Assembly (NCBI GenBank): GCA_951406725.2
Contig: OX597814.1
Location: 3,720,001 to 3,784,000 of the forward strand
Origin: Octopus vulgaris
Taxonomy: Eukaryota
DNA length: 64,000 nt
Reading direction: 5' to 3'
Part shown: in pieces, positions 1 through 12,416 of the stretch
Layout of the letters: each line of letters opens with the position of its first letter
Position numbering within the stretch: the stretch's first letter is position 1
Notes under the pieces: generated by a model
The model's input: the letters and a program-made list of their open reading frames with translations, nothing else
Database searches by the model: none
What the model was told of the DNA's origin: nothing
Translations under genes and position numbers: made by a program

Positions 1-30
1 CTACGACTGCCACCATTAATAATAATAATG

Positions 31-76
<46 letters not shown>

Positions 77-236
77 TAACAACAACAAAAACAACAGCGT
101 AGCAGCAACAGTATCACCATCATCAGCATCAGCTTCATCATCAGAACTATTACAACACCACCGCCGCCGCCGCCACCGTCCTCCTCCTCATCATCGTCGT
201 CGTCATCATCAGCAGCAGCAGCAGCATCATCATCAC

Positions 237-285
<49 letters not shown>

Positions 286-362
286 TTCATCATCATCATC
301 ATCATCATCGTCGTCATCATCATCCTCATCATCATCATCATCATCGTTGTCGTTGTTGTCAT
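1..362. repeat. (ATA)n/(AAC)n/(ATC)n trinucleotide microsatellite block
   Basis: Directly visible trinucleotide repeats. Confidence 0.95.
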
Positions 363-415
363 TATTTCAGGAAACTAAAATGTTCGATACAGATCAATCA
401 AAATTTTAGATTAGA

Positions 416-446
<31 letters not shown>

Positions 447-534
447 TGACTTTTTGAAAAAAAAAAAAAAATGATACTATAAACAACGTTGAAAGAGCCA
501 AGGCAGGAAAATAGTTTTGATACTAAAATATATG

Positions 535-1525
535 GTACACACACACAGGTGAAACACACACACACACACACACGCATACACGCATGCACATACACGCATG
601 CACATATACAGACGCACATATACACACGCATGCACCTCACGCATATATATACACACATACATGCGTACACAGACACACGCATACACACATAAATACACAC
701 ACATACACACAAACCCACACATACACACACATACGTAGACACACGCACAGAAATACACATACATGCACACAAACACATACACACACGCATGTACTTCAGG
801 CAGACACACACACACGCATGCACATACGCACATATATACATACACACACACGCACACATACGCACACACACTCACGCACATGTACACACACATACACACG
901 CATACATACACACAAACACATGCACATACGCACACATACCTACACACACATGCACACACATATATACACATGCACACATATATACATACATACACATGCA
1001 CAACATACAAGTACACACACACGAGCACACACACATACATGCACACACTCAAGCACACTCACAAACTCACACGCACAGACATACACAAACACGTACAACA
1101 CACACACACACACACATACACATGCACACACACGCGTGAAACCCCAAAGCACACACACACATACACAAACATACAAAAACTTTCACACATACATACAAAC
1201 ACACACACACACAAACACAGACGCACATGAACAAAGACACACATACATACAAACACATACACACATACATACACACGCACAACATATAAGTACACACACA
1301 TAAACGCACACACACAAGCACACTCACAAACACACACACACACACATACAAATACGTACAACACACAAGCACACACACACACACAAACACACACATAGAC
1401 ATGCACATACACACATACGTGCAACACCAAAGCACACACACATACAAGCACACAAAAATATACACACATACACAAACACACACGCGCATGCACACGCACA
1501 TACACGCACACACGCACACACACAT
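535..1525. repeat. Degenerate (CA)n microsatellite, about 1 kb
   Basis: Visible CA-rich repeat; source of the HTHT/CVCV pseudo-ORFs. Confidence 0.95.
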
Positions 1526-2138
1526 CCGTATTAGCATTTCGCTTCGGTATGGCGATAGAAATAACCTGGATATGCTTCCTGGATAAAGTGTAAGGCGAAT
1601 GCTGAGTGTAAAATGGAAGGAGTACCAAAGCAAAAGAAGAACAAGGGATTAGGGATTACGTAATCGGCTCCATTCGCTCATTACTTCCGGTTCTGCTATA
1701 AGATGCTCAAGCACTCAGCTCTGAGAACATTACACCCTGTAGCAGAAACAGCTGTTAGCCAATGAAGCTGATTACGCAATTCCTATTTCTTTCTCTTTTC
1801 TTTAATTTGATGTGTATGTGTATGCGTGTGTGTATATGCGCGCGCACATACACACACACACCGGTCGTACTTCTGACGCATCCAAACATCTAGGCGCCAC
1901 CAGCTTCCTGTCCAGCTTCGCGGTCAAAGAAGGAACTGGTGTAGCTGAGCAATTGAGCCTACTCTGACAACACCATGTGACCCGTCTTGACCAATAGCAG
2001 CCAATTTTCCAGTAACCATCTTGGGCTTCCTGCATTCTTCCATTCGGTAATCTAAACCTGTTGGAGGCCCGCGTAACTTTACTTCGCTTCGAACCGAATC
2101 AAACTGTTTAATTAATACACAATTGATACACACACAAT

Positions 2139-2830
2139 TTTACTCTTTTACATGTTTCATCCTGAGGGCTGTGGCCATGCTGGAGCACCGGCTATGTAAT
2201 CAACGCTGCTTCAATAATATTTGATTTTTGGTGAATAAGATATTGACGTCAGGACACGGAACGAGATTTTGTGACTGCCTAGGTTCCAAGGGCCTACAGC
2301 TCTTCAAAATCCTTCTAAAAAGCTTAATAGACCTGCATTGGGTGGATGTAAGTGTCTTCAAAACAAAACTGGATCTCCCCTTGTTAAGAGTTCCGGTTGA
2401 ACCTAGATCGCAGCAGGAAACACAAATGAAGACAGCAACATCAAACTCCCTCGTTCACCAAACGTCACATATCAGCGGAGGTTTCAAGTAGTGAAAGTGT
2501 AGCAAAGCTAACGGCGTTGCCCCAGCATGGCCGCAGCTCTCAGGTTGAAACCAATGAAAGAAGAAAAAACAGGGTCTACTGTCCTCATTTGCGCCTCTTG
2601 CAGCGACGTTGGTTCGCCTGTAATCACAAGTATTAAGTTATCCAGATGCCTGTAGAACATCTCTCCGAGAACGGTTAGCTTCTTTCGCAAGATATTAAAA
2701 AGCTGTGGGCCTTCAGCCCTAGGTTGGTACAGTATGTGGTCCTGATTGTTTATAAAGAGGATCGTTAACACCAGCTAGAAGAGATGTCCTCTTGGGGTTA
2801 AAAAATTGCAGTAGAATCCGTTCGAACGGA
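2139..2830 (-). mobile_element. Decayed CR1/L2-group LINE 3' end, interrupted by an antisense copy of the same family
   Basis: The minus strand reads (with frameshifts) RTTYCTNLGL-GPQLFNIL...LDNLILVITGEP...QMRT at 2570-2745. It resumes as LIHQ near 2240 and ends in the tail ggtgctccagcatggccacagccctcaggatgaaacatgtaaaagagtaaaa at about 2139. Confidence 0.7.
2252..2569 (+). mobile_element. CR1/L2-group LINE 3' fragment (ORF2 C-terminus plus 3' tail)
   Basis: TRFCDCLGSKGLQLFKILLKSLIDLHWVDVSVFKTKLDL..RVPVEP..TATSNSLVHQ resembles the GPxLFNxLP...FKxKLD...VPDEP...SNSL C-terminus of invertebrate CR1-group RTs. The tail is at 2513-2569. Confidence 0.75.
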
Positions 2831-2874
2831 AAGCCATGTTGAAGTGGCTACGTATATTATATATATATATATAT

Positions 2875-3225
2875 GGAACAAAAATGCAATGGAGGACATT
2901 AAAACATTCGGACAGATAGACAATACAAAGGCGGACAAGAGAAACAACAATTCGAAGGACAGGCAAAAAAAAAAAGACGGGTCATTTGTGGCCTTCTTTC
3001 CTCAGTCAAGTTCCATATGTCACGACTGTTTCTGGCAGTTACATTTGAGATGATTCGATCTGGTTGCCCTACAAAAAGTCTAAGCTAAGAGCATTAGACC
3101 CCTTTGTAAGAAAGCTAGCGAATGTCTACGGCTACAAAGACAAAACACGGAGAACATGGTACACAAAAAGACGAAAAATGGAGAACATGGTACACAATTA
3201 CGATTACAAACACAAAAATAACAAC
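2875..3225 (-). repeat. Unclassified interspersed repeat between (TA)n tracts; homologous to 29470-29808 (+)
   Basis: Shared blocks such as tctaatgc..gcttaga and cttgactgaNga in both copies. Confidence 0.55.
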
Positions 3226-3242
3226 ATATATTTATATATACA

Positions 3243-3291
<49 letters not shown>

Positions 3292-3399
3292 GCAACACAC
3301 GTACCCTCACGCATATGCAATACATACACACATCTGATTATCCATATAGCCATCCTCTGGTCATCCACATGATCATCCTCTGATCTTGATTCCGAGGAC

Positions 3400-3618
3400 A
3401 CATAGGGAGACTTACCCGGTTTCCTTGGCGTATATGTGACCGACATCAATGCGGTGCCCCTGTCCGTCACAAGGAGTGGCCCATTTACAGCTGAGTGGTC
3501 TGGAGTAACATGAAATGAAATGTCTTGTTCCAGGGCACAACACACCATTTGTTCCGAGAATCGAAACCACAATCACAAGAGTAAATGCAACACCCTAAAC
3601 CAATCGACCACGCGCCTT
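3400..3618 (-). mobile_element. SINE family D, decayed copy
   Basis: Has a tRNA-like head and a gtgccctggaacaagacatttcatttcatgttactccag core like those at 52608 and 59355. Confidence 0.65.
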
Positions 3619-3840
3619 CATCAGTCACAGCTGGGGCGTATTTGATCATAACTTTGCTTGCTTGCTTAACGAGGATCTGGGATTAAACCAGCGATTAAGG
3701 AGGTGTAGTAGGAGGAGACTTTTAAGCTTTTAAGCATAACACTTTTTCGAAGTAAAGAAAGATCCAAGTGGCCCCGTCGTTGACACATGGAGTATCCGTC
3801 GTAAATGTGCCGCTTACTAAATGTAGTTTCTAATGAAATG

Positions 3841-4193
3841 CACAGGAATGGCTGTGTTAGCTCTCTTCCTAACCCCTTCGCTCCGGGTTCAGTCCCACTC
3901 TGTGGCGGCACTTTCGACAAATGTTCTCTTGTGTACTCTGGACCGACCAATGCCACGGGGGTCACGTGCATGTGTGTGTGGTGTGTGCGGTGTGTGTGTG
4001 TCTTTGTATTTGTCTCTCTCTAGCTTCACAACCGATGTTAGTTTGTCTATGTCCCCAAAACTTCGCGGTTTGTCAAAAAGACATAGCGATAGAATAATTA
4101 TCAGATTTGAATAAACAAGTATCGGAGAGGATTTGTTCGACTAACCTTTAAAACCGCTGCCCCAGTATGGCCACACTCCAATGACACTGAAAC
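3841..4193 (+). mobile_element. SINE family A, decayed copy
   Basis: Head ccgggttcagtcccact, internal (TG)n, and tail ccccagtatggccaca..gactgaaac. Confidence 0.8.
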
Positions 4194-5265
4194 AATTTTT
4201 TTTTATTTTGTAAATCTGTTTCTTTTTCTTTTTCGTACTTTTCCCATTTTTTTAATGGTTTTGTTTTAGTGGCCGGGTCCGTAGCCCTTTTTGCAGTGCT
4301 TCTCCGTCTGGTTCGTGGCTTTTCTTCTGATTACTCCTCCCGCCACTATTTGGTCCCTGAGGACTTTTAATTTGTGGGGTCGGTAGAATGCATCCCCCCT
4401 GTTTAACACCACGGCTTGGTACCGAGATGCCGCGACCAGAATTCATTCTTTTGCAAATATCTTAACAGCACGCCGCTCTACGTTACACCACTCTGCATCA
4501 CCCCTCCTGGGACACACATACACCTCACTATATCACATCATACTCACACAATCATAAACCATGTACATAGACACACAGCACACACATACACAAAGTGAAC
4601 ATATACATAAATACACACACACACGCACACATACACATGACCGATAATAAATGTAAAAAAAAATAATCACAAACGTGAAGGAGAGGGGGGGAGACCCAAA
4701 ATAAAATAAAATAAAATAAAATAAATAGATTATTAAATATAAAAAATACATATAAATAAATTAGTTAAATTAATGAAGAAAACGGAAACACAATAATAAC
4801 AGAGAGAGAGAAAGAGAGAGATAAGAGAGAAAGAGAGAGAGTAAAAGTCAATGAATAAAGAAGAAAGAGTTATGAATGAAAGATCAAAAGAAGATGAAAG
4901 AGTGTTTTATTTTCGTTCTTCTCCATTTTTTTTTATATTTGCTGAAATTTCGATTTTTTTTTTGTATGTAATTTATATTTTGTTTGATTTTTCTTTTTTT
5001 TTTTTACCGTTCCTGATGGAATAAAAATGTGAAGACAACTGAAACAACAACAACAACGACAACAATAACAACAACAAAAGGAAAATAAGAGAAGAAAAGA
5101 GTCAAGGGAGAAAAAAAAACGAAGAAAACAAAGGAAAGAGCACAACAACAGCAACAAGAACAAGATGCGTAGCAACAACAACAACAACTGTTTACAATAA
5201 CAACAATATTGAACAACATTAAACAACAAAACCTGATTTAATATATATCTTTTTTTGATGCTATT

Positions 5266-6019
5266 TTATTTGTTTTTTATGAATGCTTTGCCATTGTTAT
5301 TGTTCTTCTTTTTCCCCTTCGTTTTCTGCACGTTCTTTCTGGCCTTCTTGTTGTTGTTGTTGTTGTTGTTGTTGTTATCGTTGATAATGTTGTTATTGCT
5401 GCCGTTGTCGTTGTTGTTATTCATGATAATACTGCTGTTCTTTTTTTTTGTTATTGATGTGGTTGTTGGTGTTGTTATAAATAATGTTGTTGTGTTTGTT
5501 ATTGACGTTATTATCACTCCTACTGCTGCTGCTGCTGCTTCTACTCCTGTTGTTGTCGTTGTTTTTCTTGATGATGTTATAATTGTTGTTGTTGTTGTTA
5601 TAGTTGTTGATTGTGTTATATGATTATTATTGTCGGTATTGTTGCTGGTATTGTTATACTTCAGCAGAGTGTCGTTGCTGTCGTTGCTGTTGTTGCTGTT
5701 GTTGTGATTGGTGACAGCGTTTTCGTTATTGCTGTTGTTATTGTTGTTTAATAAATCATCAATGGAGGAATGGCGGAGGAAGGAAGGTATAAACTTGGCT
5801 ATAGGGCCGCCATATTGGAAGAGCATCAAAGACGTCAGCCATATTGGTGTGATAAACGAAACATGTCGTCCAAAAGAATACAACATTCTGCCAGTTATTA
5901 TACAACTTATCTTCAAAACATCTCTTGCTAGAGTTATTGTTGCTCTTGGTGTTGTTGTTGTAGTTATTTTGTAGCTGCTGATTATATTATTACCGCTGTG
6001 GTGGCTAACTGCTATCGAT
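5266..6019 (-). other. Candidate coding exon (unverified): about 250 open codons with a non-repetitive core and Asn/Thr-rich tail
   Basis: Stop-free frame extends the ORF at 5266-5916 upstream to about 6019. Core reads ..KISCIITGRMLYSFGRHVSFITPIWLTSLMLFQYGGPIAKFIPSFLRHSSIDDLL. No family recognised. Confidence 0.25.
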
Positions 6020-6029
6020 CTTTATCTTA

Positions 6030-6046
6030 TATAGATAGATAGATAA

Positions 6047-6077
<31 letters not shown>

Positions 6078-6134
6078 TAGAGAGAGAGAGTGAGAGAGAG
6101 AGATAGAGAGATAGATACATATATATATATATGC

Positions 6135-6176
<42 letters not shown>

Positions 6177-6194
6177 CACATATATGTATGTATG

Positions 6195-6289
<95 letters not shown>

Positions 6290-6340
6290 GGATATGTACA
6301 CATGCATACATATACATAAATATATGTACATATATGTGTA

Positions 6341-6380
<40 letters not shown>

Positions 6381-6386
6381 TGTATG

Positions 6387-6464
<78 letters not shown>

Positions 6465-6545
6465 CATGGATATGTACACATGCATACATATACATAAATA
6501 TATGTACATATATGTGTATGTACATATATATATATATATGCCTAT
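6030..6545. repeat. (GATA)n/(GA)n/(TA)n compound microsatellite with a 178-bp internal duplication
   Basis: The block catggatatgtacacatgcatacatatacataaat occurs at 6287 and 6465. Confidence 0.9.
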
Positions 6546-6549
6546 ATAT

Positions 6550-6745
6550 AGTTGGAATTTACAAAAAATACAAAAGACGAAGACGGTTGTGTACACAACA
6601 AGCAGATGTATTAGTTTAACGCTGGGGAAGCGAGAATGTCTTTTACGTTTCGAGCCTACCCTCTTTAACAGAAAGAAACGCGAGAAAATAAAGAGAGAAA
6701 GAAAATACAAAAAGGTTTAGTGGCTAGCGATCAATCATGGCGAAT
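6550..6745 (-). mobile_element. Short (TA)n-flanked repeat (Penelope-like pLTR remnant candidate) with a decayed hammerhead-like motif at 6640-6675
   Basis: Homologous to 9980-10178 and 59190-59335. Minus strand reads cttt-CTGTTAA-agag..ctc-GAAA-cg-TA-aaag. Confidence 0.6.
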
Positions 6746-6788
6746 GTATATGTATGTATATATATGTGTGTGTGTGTGTATGTGTATA

Positions 6789-6844
<56 letters not shown>

Positions 6845-7274
6845 GCAAATGAAAGACGGAAGATGGTATATACGAGAATTTATTATTAATCACGACAGCT
6901 GTTTCGACATGTCTAGCATCGATTCCTCATGAGTAGGATATGTATATATATATATACACACGCAAACACATACGTACATTTACACACACACACACACACA
7001 CGGGACGGGGAGGTGTGATATATGGTAAACTTACATGCTTATGATTTTTTAATCGTCGCAATTTTAGCCTCATCGTGACTGAGTGCTATTTTTCTCTATT
7101 TGAAATATATTCCACTTGTGGCAACCCTGTTGAATAACACAGACAAGAAGACTCCAATCCTCCAAGTCAAACCAAAAGAACGAAATCACGTGCACAAAGA
7201 ATGGAAGAGGAAGAATTTTCTAAAACATCATTAAAACCGATGTGACTGGAATCTGCTTCATGTATGGAGGGAAG

Positions 7275-7648
7275 TTTACTCTGGGCACAAGACCCGAAAT
7301 TTTTTTTTTGGGGGGGGCAGTCGATTAGATCGACCCCAGTACGCAACTGGTACTTAATTTATCGACCCTGAAAGGCTGAAAGGCAAAGTCAACCTCGGCG
7401 GAATTTGGACTCAGAACATAAAGACAGGTGACGTATTAATAAATATTCTTTTCTACTCTAGGCACATGGTCCGAAATTTTTGAGGAATGGGGCCAGTCGA
7501 TTAGATCGATCCAGTATGCAACTGGTACATCCCGAAAGGATGAAAGGCAAAGTCGACCTCGGCAGAATTTGAACTCAGAACGTAACGGCAGACGAAATAC
7601 CGCTAAGCATTTCTCCAGGCGTGCTAACGTTGCTGCCAGCTCGCTGGC
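7275..7648 (-). mobile_element. SINE family C, head-to-tail dimer
   Basis: Two bodies (ctgagttcaaattccgccgaggtcgactttgcctttcatcctttcgg..) but only one 5' head, at about 7648. Confidence 0.85.
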
Positions 7649-7949
7649 TATCAAAGAAAGATTATTAGAAACAAGGCAGCAAGCAAGACGGTCACATGGT
7701 GTCTTCTGTATGAGCTCTGTTGCTGTTCTTGTATTAGCCTTCGTTGAATCTTATATAACTGTAAAAACTCCAATTGTAGTTTTAAAGTTTATCTTTACCT
7801 TCCGTTTGACTGTACAGCATTTTTCGTCTTTTGAAAAGACAAATCTTATGATTTAATATAGCTCTTCCGTTTTTCAAATACATTAACATTAATTTTCGTT
7901 TCGCCTCACACTTTCCTGAATTTTTAAGCTAATTCACTTCTGGCGGTAA

Positions 7950-8155
7950 TATCTTTTCTAATTTTGGCACAAGGCCAGCAATTTTTAAGGGGCAGGCCGA
8001 TGACATCGGACGCATAATTTATTTGATACTTTCTTCATCGACCACGAAGGGATGAAATACAAAGTCGTCTTCGGTGGAATTAAAACGTAGAACATAAAGC
8101 CGGAAGAAACGTCACAAAGCATTTTGTCCGGCTGACGATTCGGCCAGCTCGCAGC
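7950..8155 (-). mobile_element. SINE family C, decayed copy
   Basis: Diverged match to the family C head, body and tail. Confidence 0.7.
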
Positions 8156-8329
8156 AATACTTATGGGCGCAATACCAACAAACATTAACCAATGGAAGTT
8201 TGGTAACAGTCCGATTATGCAACCCTGCACTCATCAGAGGTAGCCGTTATGAAATGAAATATGGCAACTGCTCTCTATTGTTAGAGGTGAATAAACACAT
8301 ACGGTTTGTGGATGGTGTGTAAAAAATGA

Positions 8330-8745
8330 CGAAATGAATTGAACTGCGGGGGGGGGTAAGTTAAGAGTTATGTCTCTTGGTGCCAAAACGTCGTCTCTGG
8401 GAGTGGTTTTGTTACAAGTCGGCAAGAGTTTCCTGGAAAAGTGTTTGAGAGAAATTTGTTCCACTTTAAGGTTGGTACTCTTGTGGAAATGGAATATGTG
8501 GTACTCTACGTGTAACCTTGGCGGTGGGGTGGGGCACACATTTGTGTTCTTTAGTGTGTTTCCATTCTTTTATGCTTTGATTAAATTTGTGGGCCATGCG
8601 GTGTGTGTAGGGCTGATGTGGGAGCTGATGGACAAAAGTCGATTGGGTGGATATCCGCTGTTCTGGGGCGGGTTTGTTTGTGGGTGCATTAGTGTATATT
8701 CCGGTCAAACTCTTTGCCGGACTCCCAGGTATTTGTGAAGGGCCG
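8330..8745 (-). mobile_element. Heavily decayed LINE RT C-terminal remnant (CR1-like?)
   Basis: HKYLGV motif near 8720-8737 and KHFSRKLLPTCNK (compare FSxRVVxxWNxLP); many frameshifts. Confidence 0.3.
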
Positions 8746-8814
8746 AAGTTGGGGTTGGGGCATTTTACGTAATGGATGCAGTATTTGATTTGATTTCATT
8801 ATTACAACTTATAT

Positions 8815-9440
8815 ACAATGTGCGGTAAATAAATTGTTGTCTAAGATACGCAAAAAGGAAAATAGCATTGACATCTCATTTTAACAGATATTTTTTACCA
8901 AAATTACATAAAAATATCTTGAAATACTAAAGAGTAAATTTACTCAATAAAATCGCCATTTGGCTTCAACCACAGCCTCCAGATGACTTCGGAATCTCCT
9001 GCAACTCTTCTGGACAGTCCCCTTGTTTAAGTTGGTCAATGCTGCCATAATCCTTGCCTTCAGTTTATCTTTGGTGTTTCAAAGGGTTTTGGTGGTCTCT
9101 CGCTTAACTGTGCCCCACACTTAACAATCAAGGGGGTTGCAGTCTGGGTAGTTAGGTGGTCAGATGTTAGGGCTGATGTAGTTGCAGAAATTGTCTGACA
9201 GCCATGACTGGGTTCCCCTTCTTGTGTGGCATGGTGCAGAGTCCTGTTGCCAGACATAGGGTCTTCCAGCAGCTACCCTCTTGACCCAGGGAAGCACTTC
9301 TTCCTCCAGGCATTTGATGTAGGCCTCCATGTTGAGTGTGAGGCCATGTGGGAAGATGAATGGAGGCATAACATTGCCATCACTAGTGATCGCTGCAAAC
9401 ACCATGACGTTGACTGGATGTTTGATTTTTATCACTTTCG
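8815..9440 (-). pseudogene. Tc1/mariner DD37D (maT-type) transposase 3' half with putative terminal repeat
   Basis: KHPVNVMVFAAITSDG...WQQDSAPCH...I*PPNYPDCNPLD: 37 residues lie between the second and third catalytic D. Has in-frame stops; TA-flanked end near 8815. Confidence 0.88.
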
Positions 9441-9469
9441 ATACGTGTCCTCAGATTGCATTGGAACTC

Positions 9470-9962
9470 CCAGCGCGAATGCCACGCACTACAGCATGTT
9501 GTTACCAAATATCTGGCAGAGTGAATTGTCATGCTTCTGTTTTTCTCAACTGACCCTACTATACTGTGTAGTCAACATGAGAGCATGTATCCCTGCCCCG
9601 CAAAATTCTGTTGACTGTTCTTTGAGCCACCTCTTCACTACAGTTTTCACTTCCTCGTCACTGGACTATCATCTTTTCGGTGCCACGAAAGAGGGTTTGA
9701 GAGGCAAACATTATTCCAGTGACGAGGAAGTGAAAACTGTAGTGAAGAAGTGGATCAAAGAACAGTCAACAGAATTTTACGGGGCAGGGATACATGCTCT
9801 CATTCGCATGGAACATTGCTATTGAGAGAAACGGTGACTATGTTGAGAAGAAGGGATGTGATCCACAGAGGACCAGCTTCATTTTGATGTATGATACATG
9901 TTCCTGTGTTGGTAATTATACCTGTTTTAAACAAAATGGCATTACTTTTTGACTCACCCTCG
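9470..9962 (+). pseudogene. Internally deleted/rearranged mariner remnant: transposase C-terminus plus right TIR
   Basis: DYHLFGATKEGLRGKHYSSDEEVKTVVKKWIKEQSTEFY..GIHALI; ends ttactttttgactcaccctcg|TA. Confidence 0.85.
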
Positions 9963-9979
9963 TATATATATATATATAT

Positions 9980-10178
9980 AGGGAGAGTTCACGAAGAAAA
10001 CAAAAGACGAAGACGCGTGTGTAAACAAGAAACAGGTGTATTAGTATAACGCTCAGGAATTGAAAATGACTTTTACGTTTCGAGCCTACGCTCTTCTACA
10101 GAAAGGGACACAGAAAAAATAAAGTGAGAAACAAGGAGAGAAAAAAATGTGTGTAGTGGCTAACGATCTATCATGGTG
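9980..10178 (-). mobile_element. Short (TA)n-flanked repeat (Penelope-like pLTR remnant candidate) with a hammerhead-like motif at 10070-10105
   Basis: Minus strand reads cttt-CTGTAGA-a-gagc-gtag-gctc-GAAA-cg-TA-aaag; stems I and II pair. Confidence 0.65.
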
Positions 10179-10446
10179 ATATATATATGTATATATATAT
10201 ACATACATACATACATACATACATACATACATACATACATACATACATACATACATACATACATACATGTTCATGTAAGTTGTAATACTGATACCAAACC
10301 AAATAGTGTCTGCATTACGTAAAGCCTTCAGCTGCAGACGATCTTAGGTAACGGATGCATTTCTTGTCATAAATTACGCAGACCAGAAACATAAAAATTA
10401 CATGATTTGAAACTATAACCATTCGATTTGATTTTATTATCACAAC

Positions 10447-10500
<54 letters not shown>

Positions 10501-11116
10501 GTGTGTGTGTGTTTGTATGTGTATGTGTGCGTATGTGCATTTGTTTGTGCGTATGTGCATTTGTTTGTGCATTTGTGTTGGTATGCGTATGTGTGTGTGC
10601 GTGTGGGCGTGTGGGCGTGTGTGTGTGTGTGTGCGTATGTCTGGGTGTCTGTGTGTGTGCGCGCGTGTGTATTTGTATAGATACACCGGAAGCAGGGAAT
10701 TCCCAGACTCAATATTAGAGTAGAGTATTTATCTTTAATAGATTACAACTGAAAGTCTCCAATTTCCAGCACTCGTTTCAGGCACTCGTTCTCGATCATC
10801 AGCAGGATATTCAATCTTGTTTTTCTCCGAAACGTCCGTCTGAATATATTCTGAAAACATTGCATAAAATAAAATAATAAATAAAAAAGAAAAGATTTTT
10901 AAAAATGAAAAAATATAAAAATGCAAAATAATAAAGTTAAAAATAAAAAATAAATATAAAATGAATTGAAAAGAAAAAAAGAAAAAGAAAAGAAATTTTA
11001 AAATTTAAATAACTAAAGAAATAAGTGGAAATTTTACCGGTAATTATAAGGCACTAAAAGAGAATGACTCTCCCCAGACACAACAGAATTACATGAAAGT
11101 TATGAAGAAATATATA

Positions 11117-11278
11117 GGCGTAGGAGTGTCTGTGTGGTAAGTAGCTTGCTTACCAACTGCATGGTTCCGAGTTCAGTCCCACTGCGTGGCACCTTGGGCA
11201 AGTGTCTTCAACTATAGCCCTGGCTGACCAAAGTCTTGTGAGTGGATTTGGTAGACGGAAACTGGAAGAAGGCCGTCG

Positions 11279-11352
<74 letters not shown>

Positions 11353-11580
11353 TTTGTGTGTATGTGTTTGTCCCCTCAATAACTCTTGACAACCGATGCT
11401 GATGTGTTTACGTCCCCGTATCTTAGCGGTTCGGCAAAGAGACCGAGAAAATAAGTACTAGGCTTAGAAAGAATAAGTCCTAGGATCGATTTGCTCGACT
11501 AAAAGCGGTGCTCCAGCATGGCCGCAGTTAAATGACTGAAACAAGTAAAAGAATGAAAGAATAAAAAAAAAATAAAAGAG
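11117..11580 (+). mobile_element. SINE family A, full length (tRNA head, ccttgggcaagt CORE-like motif, internal (TA)n(TG)n, LINE-derived tail)
   Basis: ggcgtaggagtgtctgtgtggtaag...gcggtgctccagcatggccgcag..tgactgaaacaagtaaaag; about 14 homologous copies in the window. Confidence 0.92.
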
Positions 11581-11648
11581 TACACTTGTCCAAATGCATC
11601 AATAAATCAACATTGATATTTTTTTCACCATTGTTAAAACCATCTGAA

Positions 11649-12416
11649 ATGTAACTGTCAAAGCGCGATATTCGAATAATTTTGCTGTTCAACTTCAAAA
11701 AAGGATGTAAAGCAGCTGAAACTATTCGCGATATCAACAAAACTTTTGGTGAGGAAATGACCAGTGAGTGGTCAGCTCGAAAATGGTTTAAACGATTTTG
11801 CAGTGGCGACCTGAGTCTTGAAGATCGTGAGCATAGTGGACACCTATCTGTCATCGATGACGATCAATTAAAGATTGTCATTGAGAAAGATCCACGCAAA
11901 ACCGCTCGAGAACTGGCAACAGTTAGCCAGAAAAATGCCTGTAACCATTTGCATGCGATCGGAAAATCAATAAAGCTCGATAACTGTGTAGAATACGATT
12001 TAAATGAAAATCAGAAAATGCGCAGATGTGAAATTTGCTCGTCGTTTCTTCTCCATAACCAGACTGATCCATTTCTCAACCATATTGTAACTTGCGATGA
12101 AAAGTGGATTTTATACAATAACAAAAAATGTTCTTGGAAATGATTGGACCAAAATGAAGCACTGAAAACCGCCCCTAAACCCCAGCTCTTGAAAAAGAAG
12201 GTTATGGTGACTGTTTGGTGGTGTACTGATGGACTAGTCCACTATAACTTCGTAAAACCCAGAAAAAACCCTTACTGCAGAATCATGTTGCCATGATATT
12301 GCCAAAATGAACAAAAAACTGCTACTCTTCCGTTCCAGAGAGAAGAGGGCCAATCATTGTTCATGACCAATGCTCGACCACACGTTTCAATAATTGACGC
12401 TCCAGAAGTTGAGGGA
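11649..12416 (+). pseudogene. Mariner transposase pseudogene (HTH plus N-terminal part of the catalytic domain)
   Basis: M*LSKRDIRIILLFNFKKG..WFKRFCSGD..IVTCDEKWILY..KKVMVTVWW..HD/NARPH, with stops and frameshifts. Truncated by a SINE-A tail at about 12417-12458. Confidence 0.9.

Noticed and set aside
398-1633. Many overlapping 60-240 aa ORFs (CVCV/HTHT)
   Set aside because: Translations of (CA)n/(TG)n repeats that lack stop codons; the same applies to the YIYI and MYVC ORFs throughout the window.
1861-2110. Unique GC-richer segment with short ORFs on the minus strand
   Set aside because: No recognisable domain, stops in most frames and no convincing splice pair.
6891-6936. Hammerhead-like CTCATGA...GAAAcagctgTC on the minus strand
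   Set aside because: Core G5 is changed and stems I/II do not pair; too decayed to count.
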